64,000 nucleotides of DNA from a virus: IMG/VR virus record IMGVR_UViG_3300028830_000283. One strand, written 5' to 3'. Below are positions 9,381-18,701 of this stretch, piece by piece (the stretch's first letter is position 1; each line of letters opens with the position of its first letter). The position numbers and the translations under genes are program-made. Under the pieces are notes generated by a model that was given only the letters and a program-made list of their open reading frames with translations, ran no database searches and had not been told where the DNA came from.

Positions 9381-10979
9381 CTACTTAATTACGCCGTCGG
9401 CTTTGGCTTTGGCGATGATATTTGCCCATTGTTCCTTCGGGATTTTGTTGGCAGAAAGTCTCTTTTCAAAAACGTCTTGACTGACCGACGGAAGATTCCC
9501 GTTTTTAATCTGTACAGCCTGAATTTTGACCGCCTGCACCGTTTGCGGTTTGGTGATTCCCTGGGCTTTCAATTGCTCGACGGCAGCTTTCCCTGCATCG
9601 GTTTTGCCGAGCGCCTGCTGGTACTTGTTATCGAGATCGGCAAGCTTCGTCAAAACACGGTTTTTGCCTTCGTAATCGTCGTCTTTAAGCGTTCCCAAAA
9701 GATCGTTGAGCCGCCCGATCTCGTTGGCGATTCCCTGCACTTCGCCCAGGTTTTCGATGACTTTGCCGTCGGCTTTCGACGCTTCTTCCATCGAGCGCAA
9801 AACCTGATTGTTGTATTGCAGTAAGTTATTGGCGTTTTCCTTCTGCGCGGAAAATTCCTGCGACGCGTTGAATTTGCTCGCTTCCTGCTGGCGGTTGGCG
9901 TTGCCCTGCTGGATCGAGCCGGAATAGCCTAAGATTTCACCGCCCGTTCCCTTAACGGTTTGTCCCGTGACCGGATCGTAAACGTCGTACATCATCTTGG
10001 ATGGATCCATTTCCGGTGTGCCGTCGGGTTGAAACATCTGCTCGTCGGGTTTGATGTTCCCGGAAGAGTCCGCTTTTTTATAATGTTTCCAGACCGTGCC
10101 GTCGGGTTTGACGAGACGCTCGGCTTCGCCGGAAGCGATATCCGCCTGCCGGTCGATCGTCGCCATGCGGTTATTGAATTTCTCTTTTTCGAGCAAAAAC
10201 TTGTTGCGCTGCGCTTCGTTAAAGCGTCGCCCGCGATCGCCCACGTCATCGATCTGCGCGTTTTTGGCTTTCAGCTCCAGCTCACGCTTTTGACGCTCGT
10301 ACGCGCTTTCTTCCTGACGGTCGATCTGCCTGATCTGCTCACGGTTTTGCTCGTCGGCGAAGACTTTCGGGACAGCCGCGCCGCCGATCGCGCCGCCGAG
10401 ACCTTCGCCGAGAGCGCGGTCGAGCGGTTTGCCGCTGCCGAGCGCGTCGGCGAGTTTTTTGAGTCCCATGCCGATCATCGCCGTCAGTCTTCCGGGCTTG
10501 TTTTCCGGAGCGTCGCGCAAGTTCGGATCGTTGATGTAAGCTTCGCGGTTTTCGCGCCGGTGCTCGTCCCATGTTTTTCCGGAGAGTCGCGGGCGAATAG
10601 ACGTATCTGCCGGCATCGACGTTTCCGGCTGCCCGGTTTCGCTCACTGCCGCCGGTGTTTCGCGCTGCTCCGGCGCAATTTCCGGATCGATCGTTTTATT
10701 TGGGGAAAGACGCGGTCTGATCGATATTTTTTGATTCGCTTCCGTGTCCGGCTCGACGCCGCCGAGCGTTTCGATTTGCGGCTCGTCGCCGCCGCCGCCG
10801 CCGCCGCCGCCGTCGCCGAAATATAAAACATTCGGGTTACGCACGCCGCCGTAATCCTGCGGATCGATAAAACCCGAAGGCTTGATCTGCGGCGTCAGAC
10901 TTCCGGCTTTGTTTTCCGATTCCGGCGGCATCAACTTAACGCGCGGTCGCAGGCTTTTCGGTGAAATTGAATCAATCAT
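9381..10979 (-). CDS. Putative DNA ejection/internal virion protein (532 aa)
   Basis: Gly8 tract, Gly/Ala-rich amphipathic segment (GLGGAIGGAA), coiled coils; directly upstream of the giant protein. Confidence 0.6.
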   Translation of the reverse strand: MIDSISPKSLRPRVKLMPPESENKAGSLTPQIKPSGFIDPQDYGGVRNPNVLYFGDGGGGGGGGDEPQIETLGGVEPDTEANQKISIRPRLSPNKTIDPEIAPEQRETPAAVSETGQPETSMPADTSIRPRLSGKTWDEHRRENREAYINDPNLRDAPENKPGRLTAMIGMGLKKLADALGSGKPLDRALGEGLGGAIGGAAVPKVFADEQNREQIRQIDRQEESAYERQKRELELKAKNAQIDDVGDRGRRFNEAQRNKFLLEKEKFNNRMATIDRQADIASGEAERLVKPDGTVWKHYKKADSSGNIKPDEQMFQPDGTPEMDPSKMMYDVYDPVTGQTVKGTGGEILGYSGSIQQGNANRQQEASKFNASQEFSAQKENANNLLQYNNQVLRSMEEASKADGKVIENLGEVQGIANEIGRLNDLLGTLKDDDYEGKNRVLTKLADLDNKYQQALGKTDAGKAAVEQLKAQGITKPQTVQAVKIQAVQIKNGNLPSVSQDVFEKRLSANKIPKEQWANIIAKAKADGVIK

Positions 10980-10983
10980 CCTT

Positions 10984-11757
10984 TTAACTTTCCTCTTCTA
11001 AAATTTCGATCGTGCCGTAAAAACCATTGAGCTCGCCTGATTCGACGAGCGGAAAACCGCGCACGAGGCAGCGATGTTCGCGACCGTCGGAATCGACGAT
11101 GATGTGAGTTTCGCGGAACTGCGATTTTTTCGTCCTGGCTTCTCTCCATGCCGCGCGGATTTGCCGCAAGTTTCGTTTCGGATAACAAAAATCCCAGTCG
11201 AGACCGATCACGTCCCGCGGCGCATAGCCGAAACGACGCAGAAAATTATCGGAAATTTTCGTGCAGGATAAATTTTCATCGAGCAGAAAGCTCATCCGGT
11301 TATCGGCTTCGTCGGCGATATCCAGCCTCAAATTGATGATCGCCGACGACGAGACGAGACTCGATAAAATCAGCCCGGTCTGCGTCAGGTTCTCGTTCAG
11401 CGAAACGATCCTGTCCTTGACCGATTCGCCGGAATTGACGGTCAATTCCTTACGCACGAATTCGAGATTGTTCATGAATTCTTCGGTCTGTTTTTTCTGC
11501 TCTTCGAAATGCCCGGTGACGATCGGCTTGAGCTCGCGCGCAAAGATAAAGATTTCCGTAAATTGCGTGATCTGCGGACGAAACGGCATACAGAACCAGT
11601 TGCCGAAAAATTTAAGAGCTTTCCAGCCCGCGCCGAAAACGTAACGACCGACGAATTTTTTATCGAAATATATTTCGACGAACCACGAAAGAACGAGCAG
11701 CACGAACGTCGAGATCGCCGCCTTGTCGAATGTAAGGATAGAGTGCAGGAATTCCAT
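10984..11757 (-). CDS. Membrane protein with C-terminal PAS domain, in lysis cassette
   Basis: N-terminal TM, coiled coil, then 'FLLDEN..CTKISDNFLRRFGYAPRDVIGLDW..YP..NLRQIRAAWREA....F.ETHII.DSDG..HRCLVRGFPL..GELNGFYGTI'. Confidence 0.75.
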   Translation of the reverse strand: MEFLHSILTFDKAAISTFVLLVLSWFVEIYFDKKFVGRYVFGAGWKALKFFGNWFCMPFRPQITQFTEIFIFARELKPIVTGHFEEQKKQTEEFMNNLEFVRKELTVNSGESVKDRIVSLNENLTQTGLILSSLVSSSAIINLRLDIADEADNRMSFLLDENLSCTKISDNFLRRFGYAPRDVIGLDWDFCYPKRNLRQIRAAWREARTKKSQFRETHIIVDSDGREHRCLVRGFPLVESGELNGFYGTIEILEEES

Positions 11758-11769
11758 ACTTTTAAAGAG

Positions 11770-11958
11770 TTAGCTTTTTTCCTTGTTTAACTTGGCTTTC
11801 AGCCGGTTGTTGATCGCCTGCGCTTCCGTGTTGTCGGCGCGCGCGAGCTCGATCACTTCTTCGTCGCTCAGTCCTTCGATTTGAGCGGACAGTTCGGAAT
11901 TGCCGCCGAGCACCGCGGCGAGCAGTTTGCGGATCAAAGCGATCAGCTCACGTTCCAT
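11770..11958 (-). CDS. Small helical hypothetical protein
   Basis: 62-aa ORF tightly packed in the operon. Confidence 0.6.
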   Translation of the reverse strand: MERELIALIRKLLAAVLGGNSELSAQIEGLSDEEVIELARADNTEAQAINNRLKAKLNKEKS

Positions 11959-12440
11959 TGTTTTTCCTCCCTGAAAAGCACTTCAGCGCTTGAAAACGCC
12001 GCCGTGATTATTTCAATGACCGCTTTGATCGCTTCGATCGCCGCGTCGAGCTTTGTGCGCTGCGAATCGGAAAGCTGTGCGAAAAGCTCGAGACAATCTT
12101 CGAGCGGAACGCGCAGCGCATCGAAGACGTCGCGCAGTTCCCGATATTCGGAAACCGAGATTTTTCCGTTCGGAAATTTCTTTAAGAGATTTTCCGCCGT
12201 GTCCGTCACGGAGGCGGCGAGCGGAATGGCTTTATCGAAGATCACCGTCGCTTTTCGCGCGGTGTTTTCGGAAATAAGTTTTTCGTCGAATGACTCGTCC
12301 GTCGCTTTGACGAGATTTTTAACGAGCCGGTTCATACGCGCCGCAGCTTCGGCGGCGTCGCGTGTTTTTTTCGGATCGCACGCCGCAAAGACGAGCGATG
12401 CCAAAACTAAAAGCGTTAAGAAAAATTTGCGGTTTAACAT
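11943..12440 (-). CDS. Lipoprotein, possible spanin-type lysis protein
   Basis: Start moved to MLNRKFFLTLLVLASLVFAAC (lipobox FAAC); helical body; in lysis cassette. Confidence 0.6.
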   Translation of the reverse strand: MLNRKFFLTLLVLASLVFAACDPKKTRDAAEAAARMNRLVKNLVKATDESFDEKLISENTARKATVIFDKAIPLAASVTDTAENLLKKFPNGKISVSEYRELRDVFDALRVPLEDCLELFAQLSDSQRTKLDAAIEAIKAVIEIITAAFSSAEVLFREEKQWNVS

Positions 12441-12535
12441 AGTGTTTTCTCTGAAAATCGATTTTCCGCACCGCAGGCATTTCGCCAGGTTCGTTTGCGG
12501 GATTTGTTCGAAAATGTGATTACAATCCGCCTGGT

Positions 12536-12847
12536 TCATTCAGGCGGTTCTCTCGGTTGATTGCCGCTGACGCCCATGATCAGCAGCGCGGTGATCGAAA
12601 GCCCGAGCGCGATCGGCGTTTTGCCGGTGTTGAAACCGATGACTTGCAGCAGCGCGTCGATGTCGGTCGAAACCGCTTGCAGAACGGCTAAACCGACGAC
12701 GAAGATCGCGCCGACGGCAAAACGGTTGACGTTCGTTGCGATCCAGCATCGAAGATTAAAATCAGCGCCGTTTTGACGGTAGGAATAAGCGAGCAGCGCC
12801 AGCACGACAACGATCAGCATCGTCAGAAGATTGGTTAGAATTTCCAT
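12536..12847 (-). CDS. Putative holin (3 TM)
   Basis: 103 aa with three hydrophobic segments; near endolysin. Confidence 0.6.
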   Translation of the reverse strand: MEILTNLLTMLIVVVLALLAYSYRQNGADFNLRCWIATNVNRFAVGAIFVVGLAVLQAVSTDIDALLQVIGFNTGKTPIALGLSITALLIMGVSGNQPREPPE

Positions 12848-13005
12848 TATTGGCTCCTTGAATTGTTCGTATTTTCGCGGCGAAAATCCTTATCGATTTT
12901 TTGGAAAACCGCGAAAAACATGCCGTAAGCGAAAAAGAAAAGCAGAACGAGCGCGAGCACCGCGCCGATGAAAACCATCCATTCTTTTTCTTCATTCGCC
13001 ATCAT
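12847..13005 (-). CDS. Small single-TM protein (52 aa), holin/antiholin candidate
   Basis: MMANEEKEWMVFIGAVLALVLLFLFAYGMFFAVFQKIDK..; stop overlaps next start (TAATG); below ORF-track cutoff. Confidence 0.55.
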   Translation of the reverse strand: MMANEEKEWMVFIGAVLALVLLFFFAYGMFFAVFQKIDKDFRRENTNNSRSQ

Positions 13006-13098
13006 TTTGCCTTAGTTAGCACTTCAATTTTTTGTAGTGGAAACTGAAGGTAATTAACTTTCTCGTTGCAACAATTGAGTTAATGCGGATTGAAAGCA

Positions 13099-13677
13099 CT
13101 AACTAAGACTTTTTTGGAGAGCTGCGTAGAAATTCTCGGCGTAAGAGGCGATCTTATTCGCTTTGTCCGTGCCGTTGATGATTGCCCGCGCTCTGTAGAA
13201 ATCGTTATAGGTCGGTTCCTTGGTTTTGCTGAAATAACGGCTCAATTTAGCGCCGGTGAATTTTCCTTGCGTCATTCCCCAAAACAGAATTTTCACGCTG
13301 TTGTCGAGTTCCAGCGCCTTTTCGGGATGATTGACGAAATCGATGCCGAATTTCTTCGAAGCCGACTCGTAGTTATATTTCCAGGTGAGCTGCACAAGCC
13401 CGCGACCGTAATATTTTTGTTTCGTGACCGGATCGCGTTTTCCGTAGGCGCGTCCCGCGCCGCGATCATATTCCTCGATGCCGGCGAAACGCTTGTCGGT
13501 TTCGTGATGCGGCGTGGCGAAAATATACGCGAGCGCGCTCGCCGGCAAGCTGTCTGCGTAATTGTTTTCGTACTCGTTCAAAATCGCGTCGATGCCCTTA
13601 AACTGCTCGACCGAAATATGACCGTCAAAAAGCGAATCGCGAATCGAATCGTAAAATTTTTCTCTGTTAATCGGCAT
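13099..13677 (-). CDS. Endolysin, glycoside hydrolase family 19
   Basis: 'AYIFATPHHET', 'YYGRGLVQLTWKYNY', 'ARAIINGTD'. Confidence 0.9.
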   Translation of the reverse strand: MPINREKFYDSIRDSLFDGHISVEQFKGIDAILNEYENNYADSLPASALAYIFATPHHETDKRFAGIEEYDRGAGRAYGKRDPVTKQKYYGRGLVQLTWKYNYESASKKFGIDFVNHPEKALELDNSVKILFWGMTQGKFTGAKLSRYFSKTKEPTYNDFYRARAIINGTDKANKIASYAENFYAALQKSLS

Positions 13678-13716
13678 AATTCACCTCGTTAAAATCCTTT
13701 CTTGAAATCTTCCAAA

Positions 13717-16347
13717 TCAGAACCCGCGTTTGAAATCGATCACCATCCAGCGATCGAGCCGCGACGAATACTGCACCGTCAAAATGTCCCGTTTATTGGC
13801 GGTCGTCGTCATCGTGACGGACGTGATGTCGGTGCCGAAAGCGAACTGCCCGGCGCCGGACGATAAGGAAAGCGTGCGCGAGCCGGTTGCGTCCTGAATG
13901 ATCTCGAGCGAAATTCTCTGCCCGTCGGCGCGCGTTTTATCGCTCGCCGCCATCACCGGCGCGGCGAGCGTCCGGTTACCGCCCAAGGTAAAATATTGAT
14001 TGTTGCCGCAGCTCGGGATAATCGTGATCGTCGCCGCGTCCGTGAGCTGACACGACTGCCCGCGAACCGCGCCGCCCGAAGCGTAAATGTCGCCGTTAAA
14101 ATCGAGCCCGACAAAACCGGTTTGATTGCCGGAGAGCGTCAATCTGCCGGCGTAAGTTCCGGAATTCTGCCGCGCGAAATCGTAGTAATAGTCGAAATCC
14201 TGCGTTGACGAGTTCCGCCGTCCCAAACGAAGCAGATTTTTCGTTTCGGTGTTGGCAGTCGCCGCGCCGATCGCGACGACCGGCTCACTCGGAATGCCGT
14301 CGAAATACGAAGGCGTCGAAAAATCGGCATAGTGGCGAATTTTCAAACCGCCGCCGCGATAGTTGTTCGAAGCGGTCGCTAAGATAGGATTGAATTCGAA
14401 CTGCGTCGTCGGATTGGTCGTTTTAAAAATTCTGAGCGGATTCGCCGGAATCGTCGCCGGGTCTTCGAGCGTTCCGAAGGTCATCAATACGCTGTCATTG
14501 ATAGACGTCGCGTGAATGATGACGCCCGGCGCGACGCGCACGGTGTCCGCGCCGTATTTGTTGCCGGTCGAAACGAGCGTCATCGCCTGATTGATGTAGA
14601 GCTGCGATTGGATCGTATTGCCTGAGAGATTAACGATCGATGTTAAATCCGACGCGTTATTTTCAAGAAAAGTGTTATAACCTTCGTCCTGATTATCGCG
14701 GAGGCTGATAACCGCGTGCGCGCCGTTAATCACCAAAATTTTCGCGTTCGTCGCGCCGACGCCCGGACCGGCAAATTCGCAGCCGGTGATGAGCGTTTCG
14801 CCCACTCCGTCGAACTGAATCGCAGTCTGATTATTTTGCGAATAAAAATTCGTCGAAAGAATCGTAAACTGCGAGTTCGATGAATCGGTTTTGATCCCGA
14901 CGGTGTTGTAATAAAAACGGCTCTGGTCGATCTTGATCTGCGCGAACTGCCACATCGAATCGGTCGAGTCGTGATAGAGTCCGATCGCGAATGAATCGAT
15001 CGAAACGTTGTTCAAACTCAAATCGCCGCTCGTCGCCGGCGCGGTTCCCTGCAGGAGAATTCCGGTTTGCCCGGTCGTGCCGTTGCCGGTCAAATTTATG
15101 TCCTTGAATCTGACGCCGTACGTCGAGCCGGAAATCTTGAAAAGATAATTCGATGACGGCGACTGCAGCCAGAGCGACGTGCCTGTGTCGGGCGTAACGT
15201 GATTGCCTTCGCCTTCGATCGTGACGCCTTTGCTGATCGTCGTCAGCGCGCCGGAGGTGTACCAAATGCCTTGCGAAAGATGGATCGGAATCTGTGTCGC
15301 GTTCGCCGATTCAAGAGCTTCGTTGAGCGCGTCCGTGACGTTTGCGCCGGATGTGTTGCCGACCCACCAGGCGATTTTGATCTTTTCGACCGCGCCTTTC
15401 GTGAATAAAACTTTCGCGCCCGAAGCCGACGAATCGAAAACCTGGCGGCTTCCCGGATCGACGAAATTATTAACGGTTAAAACTGCGCTTGCCGCGAGTG
15501 TGATCTTGCCCTCGCCGGTGACATTGAGCGTTAAACCCTTCGGAGCCGTCAAATTCGATGAAACGGTGACGGGACGCGAGATATTGAGAATCGTCGGCGT
15601 CGCGCACGTTCCGGACGGGCAAATCGTCGAAACGGCGGTCGCGAGAGAATTCGAATATAAAGACAGATTTTTCTCGATGCGCGTGTCGGTCGTATCGACT
15701 TTACCCGCGATCGCCGACGACACGATCGTGTTGACGGAAGTCGTCTGGTTCGGCGAGAGTCCCGCCGCCGATCCGATCAGGCTGTTGACCTGGGTCGTTT
15801 GCCCGCTCGACAGCGTGCTCGTGGCGAGCGTTACCATGTCGGTCACTTCGTTGACGGTCGTCAGGTTTTGAATCAGCAAATTGACGTCCGCATCCGTGTA
15901 GCTTCCGGGAACGGCGGGACGCGCCGGCGTGCGGTTGTAGGTGGCGAGCTGCGTCCAGGAAACGGTCGAGCCGAACGTATGCGGCAGACGGTACCGGTCG
16001 GCGAAAGTGTCGCGACGCACGTTTTTGAAATCGAAAAGAATGAAAGTATAAGTCGCCGCCGTGACGGTCGAATCGGTCGTCGAATCGATTTGAAAGCTCG
16101 GAATCGTCAGCGTGTTGCCGGAAACCGTGCAGACGATCTCCTTATAGACGTTGCCAAGACCTGCTTGACCGGGCAGCACGATCGCGCCGCCGGCAGTTTG
16201 GAATTTAACATCGGCGTAAATTTTGAGCCGCGCGGTCGTGCCGCCGTAACTCCAATTCGCCGTCACGGAATTGACCGTCACGGTCGCGCTAAATGCGGCG
16301 TAAGAGAAAAGAAAAACCGCTAAGATGATAAAAAGTATGCGTCTCAT
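13717..16347 (-). CDS. Tailspike-like beta-helix (pectin-lyase fold) protein with N-terminal signal peptide
   Basis: MRRILFIILAVFLFSYAAFSA; 'DALNEALESA..PIHLSQGIW..KGVTIEGEG' beta-helix entry; C-terminal 'IIQDATGSRTL' tail-fibre-like module. Confidence 0.7.
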   Translation of the reverse strand: MRRILFIILAVFLFSYAAFSATVTVNSVTANWSYGGTTARLKIYADVKFQTAGGAIVLPGQAGLGNVYKEIVCTVSGNTLTIPSFQIDSTTDSTVTAATYTFILFDFKNVRRDTFADRYRLPHTFGSTVSWTQLATYNRTPARPAVPGSYTDADVNLLIQNLTTVNEVTDMVTLATSTLSSGQTTQVNSLIGSAAGLSPNQTTSVNTIVSSAIAGKVDTTDTRIEKNLSLYSNSLATAVSTICPSGTCATPTILNISRPVTVSSNLTAPKGLTLNVTGEGKITLAASAVLTVNNFVDPGSRQVFDSSASGAKVLFTKGAVEKIKIAWWVGNTSGANVTDALNEALESANATQIPIHLSQGIWYTSGALTTISKGVTIEGEGNHVTPDTGTSLWLQSPSSNYLFKISGSTYGVRFKDINLTGNGTTGQTGILLQGTAPATSGDLSLNNVSIDSFAIGLYHDSTDSMWQFAQIKIDQSRFYYNTVGIKTDSSNSQFTILSTNFYSQNNQTAIQFDGVGETLITGCEFAGPGVGATNAKILVINGAHAVISLRDNQDEGYNTFLENNASDLTSIVNLSGNTIQSQLYINQAMTLVSTGNKYGADTVRVAPGVIIHATSINDSVLMTFGTLEDPATIPANPLRIFKTTNPTTQFEFNPILATASNNYRGGGLKIRHYADFSTPSYFDGIPSEPVVAIGAATANTETKNLLRLGRRNSSTQDFDYYYDFARQNSGTYAGRLTLSGNQTGFVGLDFNGDIYASGGAVRGQSCQLTDAATITIIPSCGNNQYFTLGGNRTLAAPVMAASDKTRADGQRISLEIIQDATGSRTLSLSSGAGQFAFGTDITSVTMTTTANKRDILTVQYSSRLDRWMVIDFKRGF

Positions 16348-16369
16348 AAATTTTTAGCTCTCCTCGCCG

Positions 16370-17683
16370 TTATTGAACCGGGAAAATCGTAAAATCATCG
16401 GCGAACGTCATCGCGCCGGCGTAAGTCAAACCGTGGCGCGTGCCTGAAAGAGAAACGCTGCGCGAAGCGACGAGCGCGCCGTCCGTGTAAATTTTCAGTT
16501 GATTGCCGTTCGCGTCGGCGCGCAGTATCGAGTAATTATTGACGGCGTATTCGCCGATTTTCGATTGACAGTTGTTCGTTTCGACGACGACGACGCGCGA
16601 CGTCTCGCCGATGACGCGCACGTTGTTGCACGAATCGGTAAAGCGAAGCGTCAAACCGGTGTTCGCGCCCGGCGGACGCGACGCGCGCACGGAAACGTTC
16701 TCGCGCGCGGTTTCGACCGTGTTGAAATAATTCGTGTTGTATTGACAAAAAGCCTGCTCGCCGATGATTCCCCAACCGTCTGAAGACCACGCGAGGCGTC
16801 CCAAACTTCCCGCTTCGGTTTGTCCCAAACTTAAAATATCGTGCAGACCGTAAGCGACCGGCGGGCGATTGAACGAATCGAAAACGAGCGCGCCGTCGGG
16901 AACGGCGGCAGGCGTGTAAACGTTGGTCGTATCGGCGGAAACGCGGTCGTTTTGAAAAACAGGCAGTCCGTCCGTGCTCGACCATCGCGAAAACGCGCCG
17001 TCGTGCAGCGTGTCCTTAAAACCCGTCCCGTAATCGGCGAAATATTCCGTCGCGGCGGAGAAATCCGCGCCCCACGTCGCGTTGACGAAGTTTTCGACGT
17101 GATCGACGATCACTTTACGCGTGAAATACATCGACGGTCGAAAATCCGTATTAAAAGGACAATATCCCTCGATGTAGCGCGCGCGCGCGATGTTGCAGCC
17201 GCAGTTAAGATGAAACGAGCCGCCGATGTAAAGATTGCCGTTCGAGCCGCCAGCAAGGGTCATTCTCGCGCCCGAATAAGGCTGCTCGAAAACGGTCTTG
17301 CCGTTCGCCCAGACCCGAAATACGCCGTCTTTCAGCCCGATCGCGACATGAGTCCATTCGTTCAGCCTGCCGACAATTGGCGTCGTGTAATTGAAAAAGC
17401 CGCTGCCGGTGTAAAAATTTCCCGTAATGCGCCAACGTTCGTTATCCGATTGATAACCGACGAGAACAATGTGCTGTCCCGCGTCGCCGTCGGAGGCGAA
17501 ATAACCGAGCCACTGCTTTTCTTTGGGTTTCACCCAAGTCTCGAAAAAATGATCGCCGTATGGAGTATCGACCTTCCACATTCTGGCGAAAGCGACGTTC
17601 GACGGCTGTCCGGCTGGAAAATAAAGCGAGCCTTGAGCGAAAACGCCGACTGCTAACAGCAATGATAAAATTAAAGTTTTCAT
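16370..17683 (-). CDS. LamG/concanavalin-like lectin-domain protein with signal peptide
   Basis: MKTLILSLLLAVGVFAQ; 'FETWVKP', 'NEWTHVAI', 'RVWANG', 'LYIGG'. Confidence 0.7.
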   Translation of the reverse strand: MKTLILSLLLAVGVFAQGSLYFPAGQPSNVAFARMWKVDTPYGDHFFETWVKPKEKQWLGYFASDGDAGQHIVLVGYQSDNERWRITGNFYTGSGFFNYTTPIVGRLNEWTHVAIGLKDGVFRVWANGKTVFEQPYSGARMTLAGGSNGNLYIGGSFHLNCGCNIARARYIEGYCPFNTDFRPSMYFTRKVIVDHVENFVNATWGADFSAATEYFADYGTGFKDTLHDGAFSRWSSTDGLPVFQNDRVSADTTNVYTPAAVPDGALVFDSFNRPPVAYGLHDILSLGQTEAGSLGRLAWSSDGWGIIGEQAFCQYNTNYFNTVETARENVSVRASRPPGANTGLTLRFTDSCNNVRVIGETSRVVVVETNNCQSKIGEYAVNNYSILRADANGNQLKIYTDGALVASRSVSLSGTRHGLTYAGAMTFADDFTIFPVQ

Positions 17684-17688
17684 AAAAA

Positions 17689-18393
17689 TTAATTCGGTAC
17701 TCTTAAAACCTTAAAGCCCGTCCCGCCGGAATCGTTCGCACCGACCGAAACACGCTTGAGCGTTCCGGCTGTCACGTCATACAGCAAAAACCGCGTGTTT
17801 CCGGCGGTCGCGTTTTCGTCGAACTGTCCCATGGGGACGTTGTTTATTCGGAGATCGACGACGCCGGTTGTCGGCGCGTTGACGTAAGTGCCTGATTGTG
17901 AAAAGCCGAGCGCATAGTTAACAGCACTTGGCGTTATTGCGCCCGAATAAATCGCACCGGCATTTTGTCCCGACCATTGCTGAATAATCACCTGTCTTCC
18001 GGGACTGACCGACGAGTCGCCGACATATAAAAATCCGTTGGCGTCAACCTTAAAAAAAGGCGTCGTCGAACCGTTCGGCTGAATCTCGAACGGATTTGCC
18101 GTTTGTGACACAGCCATTTTGATCGTTAATGGAACTTGAGAAGCGTTCGCCGCCGTTAAAGTTAAAGGCGAAGCTGCGCCGCCGCCGCCAGGCGCCGCCC
18201 AAGTCCCGGGCGTTCCCACAGCGGTGCAGTAAATTTCCTGCAAGGACGATGTATTCCAGTACCGCTCGCCGGTGCGCGAGCAGCTCGACGGATTCGACGC
18301 CAGATAGCCTCTGAATTTCGGCTGGTTGGCGTATTGCGCCGGCGAGAGCGTCGCCGCGCAGAAAATTAAAAGAAATGCAATAAATTTTTTCAT
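17689..18393 (-). CDS. Tail-fibre-like protein with signal peptide
   Basis: Start moved to MKKFIAFLLIFCAATLSPAQ (TAATG overlap); 'YCTAVGTPGTW' motif; C-terminus 'RVSVGANDSGGTGFKVLRVPN'. Confidence 0.6.
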   Translation of the reverse strand: MKKFIAFLLIFCAATLSPAQYANQPKFRGYLASNPSSCSRTGERYWNTSSLQEIYCTAVGTPGTWAAPGGGGAASPLTLTAANASQVPLTIKMAVSQTANPFEIQPNGSTTPFFKVDANGFLYVGDSSVSPGRQVIIQQWSGQNAGAIYSGAITPSAVNYALGFSQSGTYVNAPTTGVVDLRINNVPMGQFDENATAGNTRFLLYDVTAGTLKRVSVGANDSGGTGFKVLRVPN

Positions 18394-18698
18394 TATCTCG
18401 AACCTCGCACGTTGATCGAAAAAGTCGCTCCGAGCGGCGAATAAAGCCATTCCTGCGTGAGATCGATAAAATCCGGCGGCGACGCGCGTTCGGTGTGCGA
18501 AGAACCGCTTGCCAGAAGCTCGCCGGTCAAATTCGTGACCGCGCTCGACAGTCCCCGGTAAACGTCGTTCGAAGATTCCTTGATCGTCACTTCGCGCGCC
18601 ATCGCCGTCATATTAAAGCCCTGCAGGGCGAGCAGCGCGAGCAGATTCGTCGCCGCCGCCGCAGGAATCGTCAGTTGTCCGTTAAAGTCTCTTGGCAT
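18393..18698 (-). CDS. Hypothetical virion-module protein (101 aa)
   Basis: Translationally coupled ORF. Confidence 0.6.
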   Translation of the reverse strand: MPRDFNGQLTIPAAAATNLLALLALQGFNMTAMAREVTIKESSNDVYRGLSSAVTNLTGELLASGSSHTERASPPDFIDLTQEWLYSPLGATFSINVRGSR

Positions 18699-18701
18699 AA
18701 A

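Noticed and set aside
10787..10812. GCC repeat as a phase-variation tract
   Set aside because: Trinucleotide repeat; length changes only alter a Gly linker
13717..18393. Diversity-generating retroelement targeting tail genes
   Set aside because: No reverse transcriptase and no TR/VR repeat pair seen in the window
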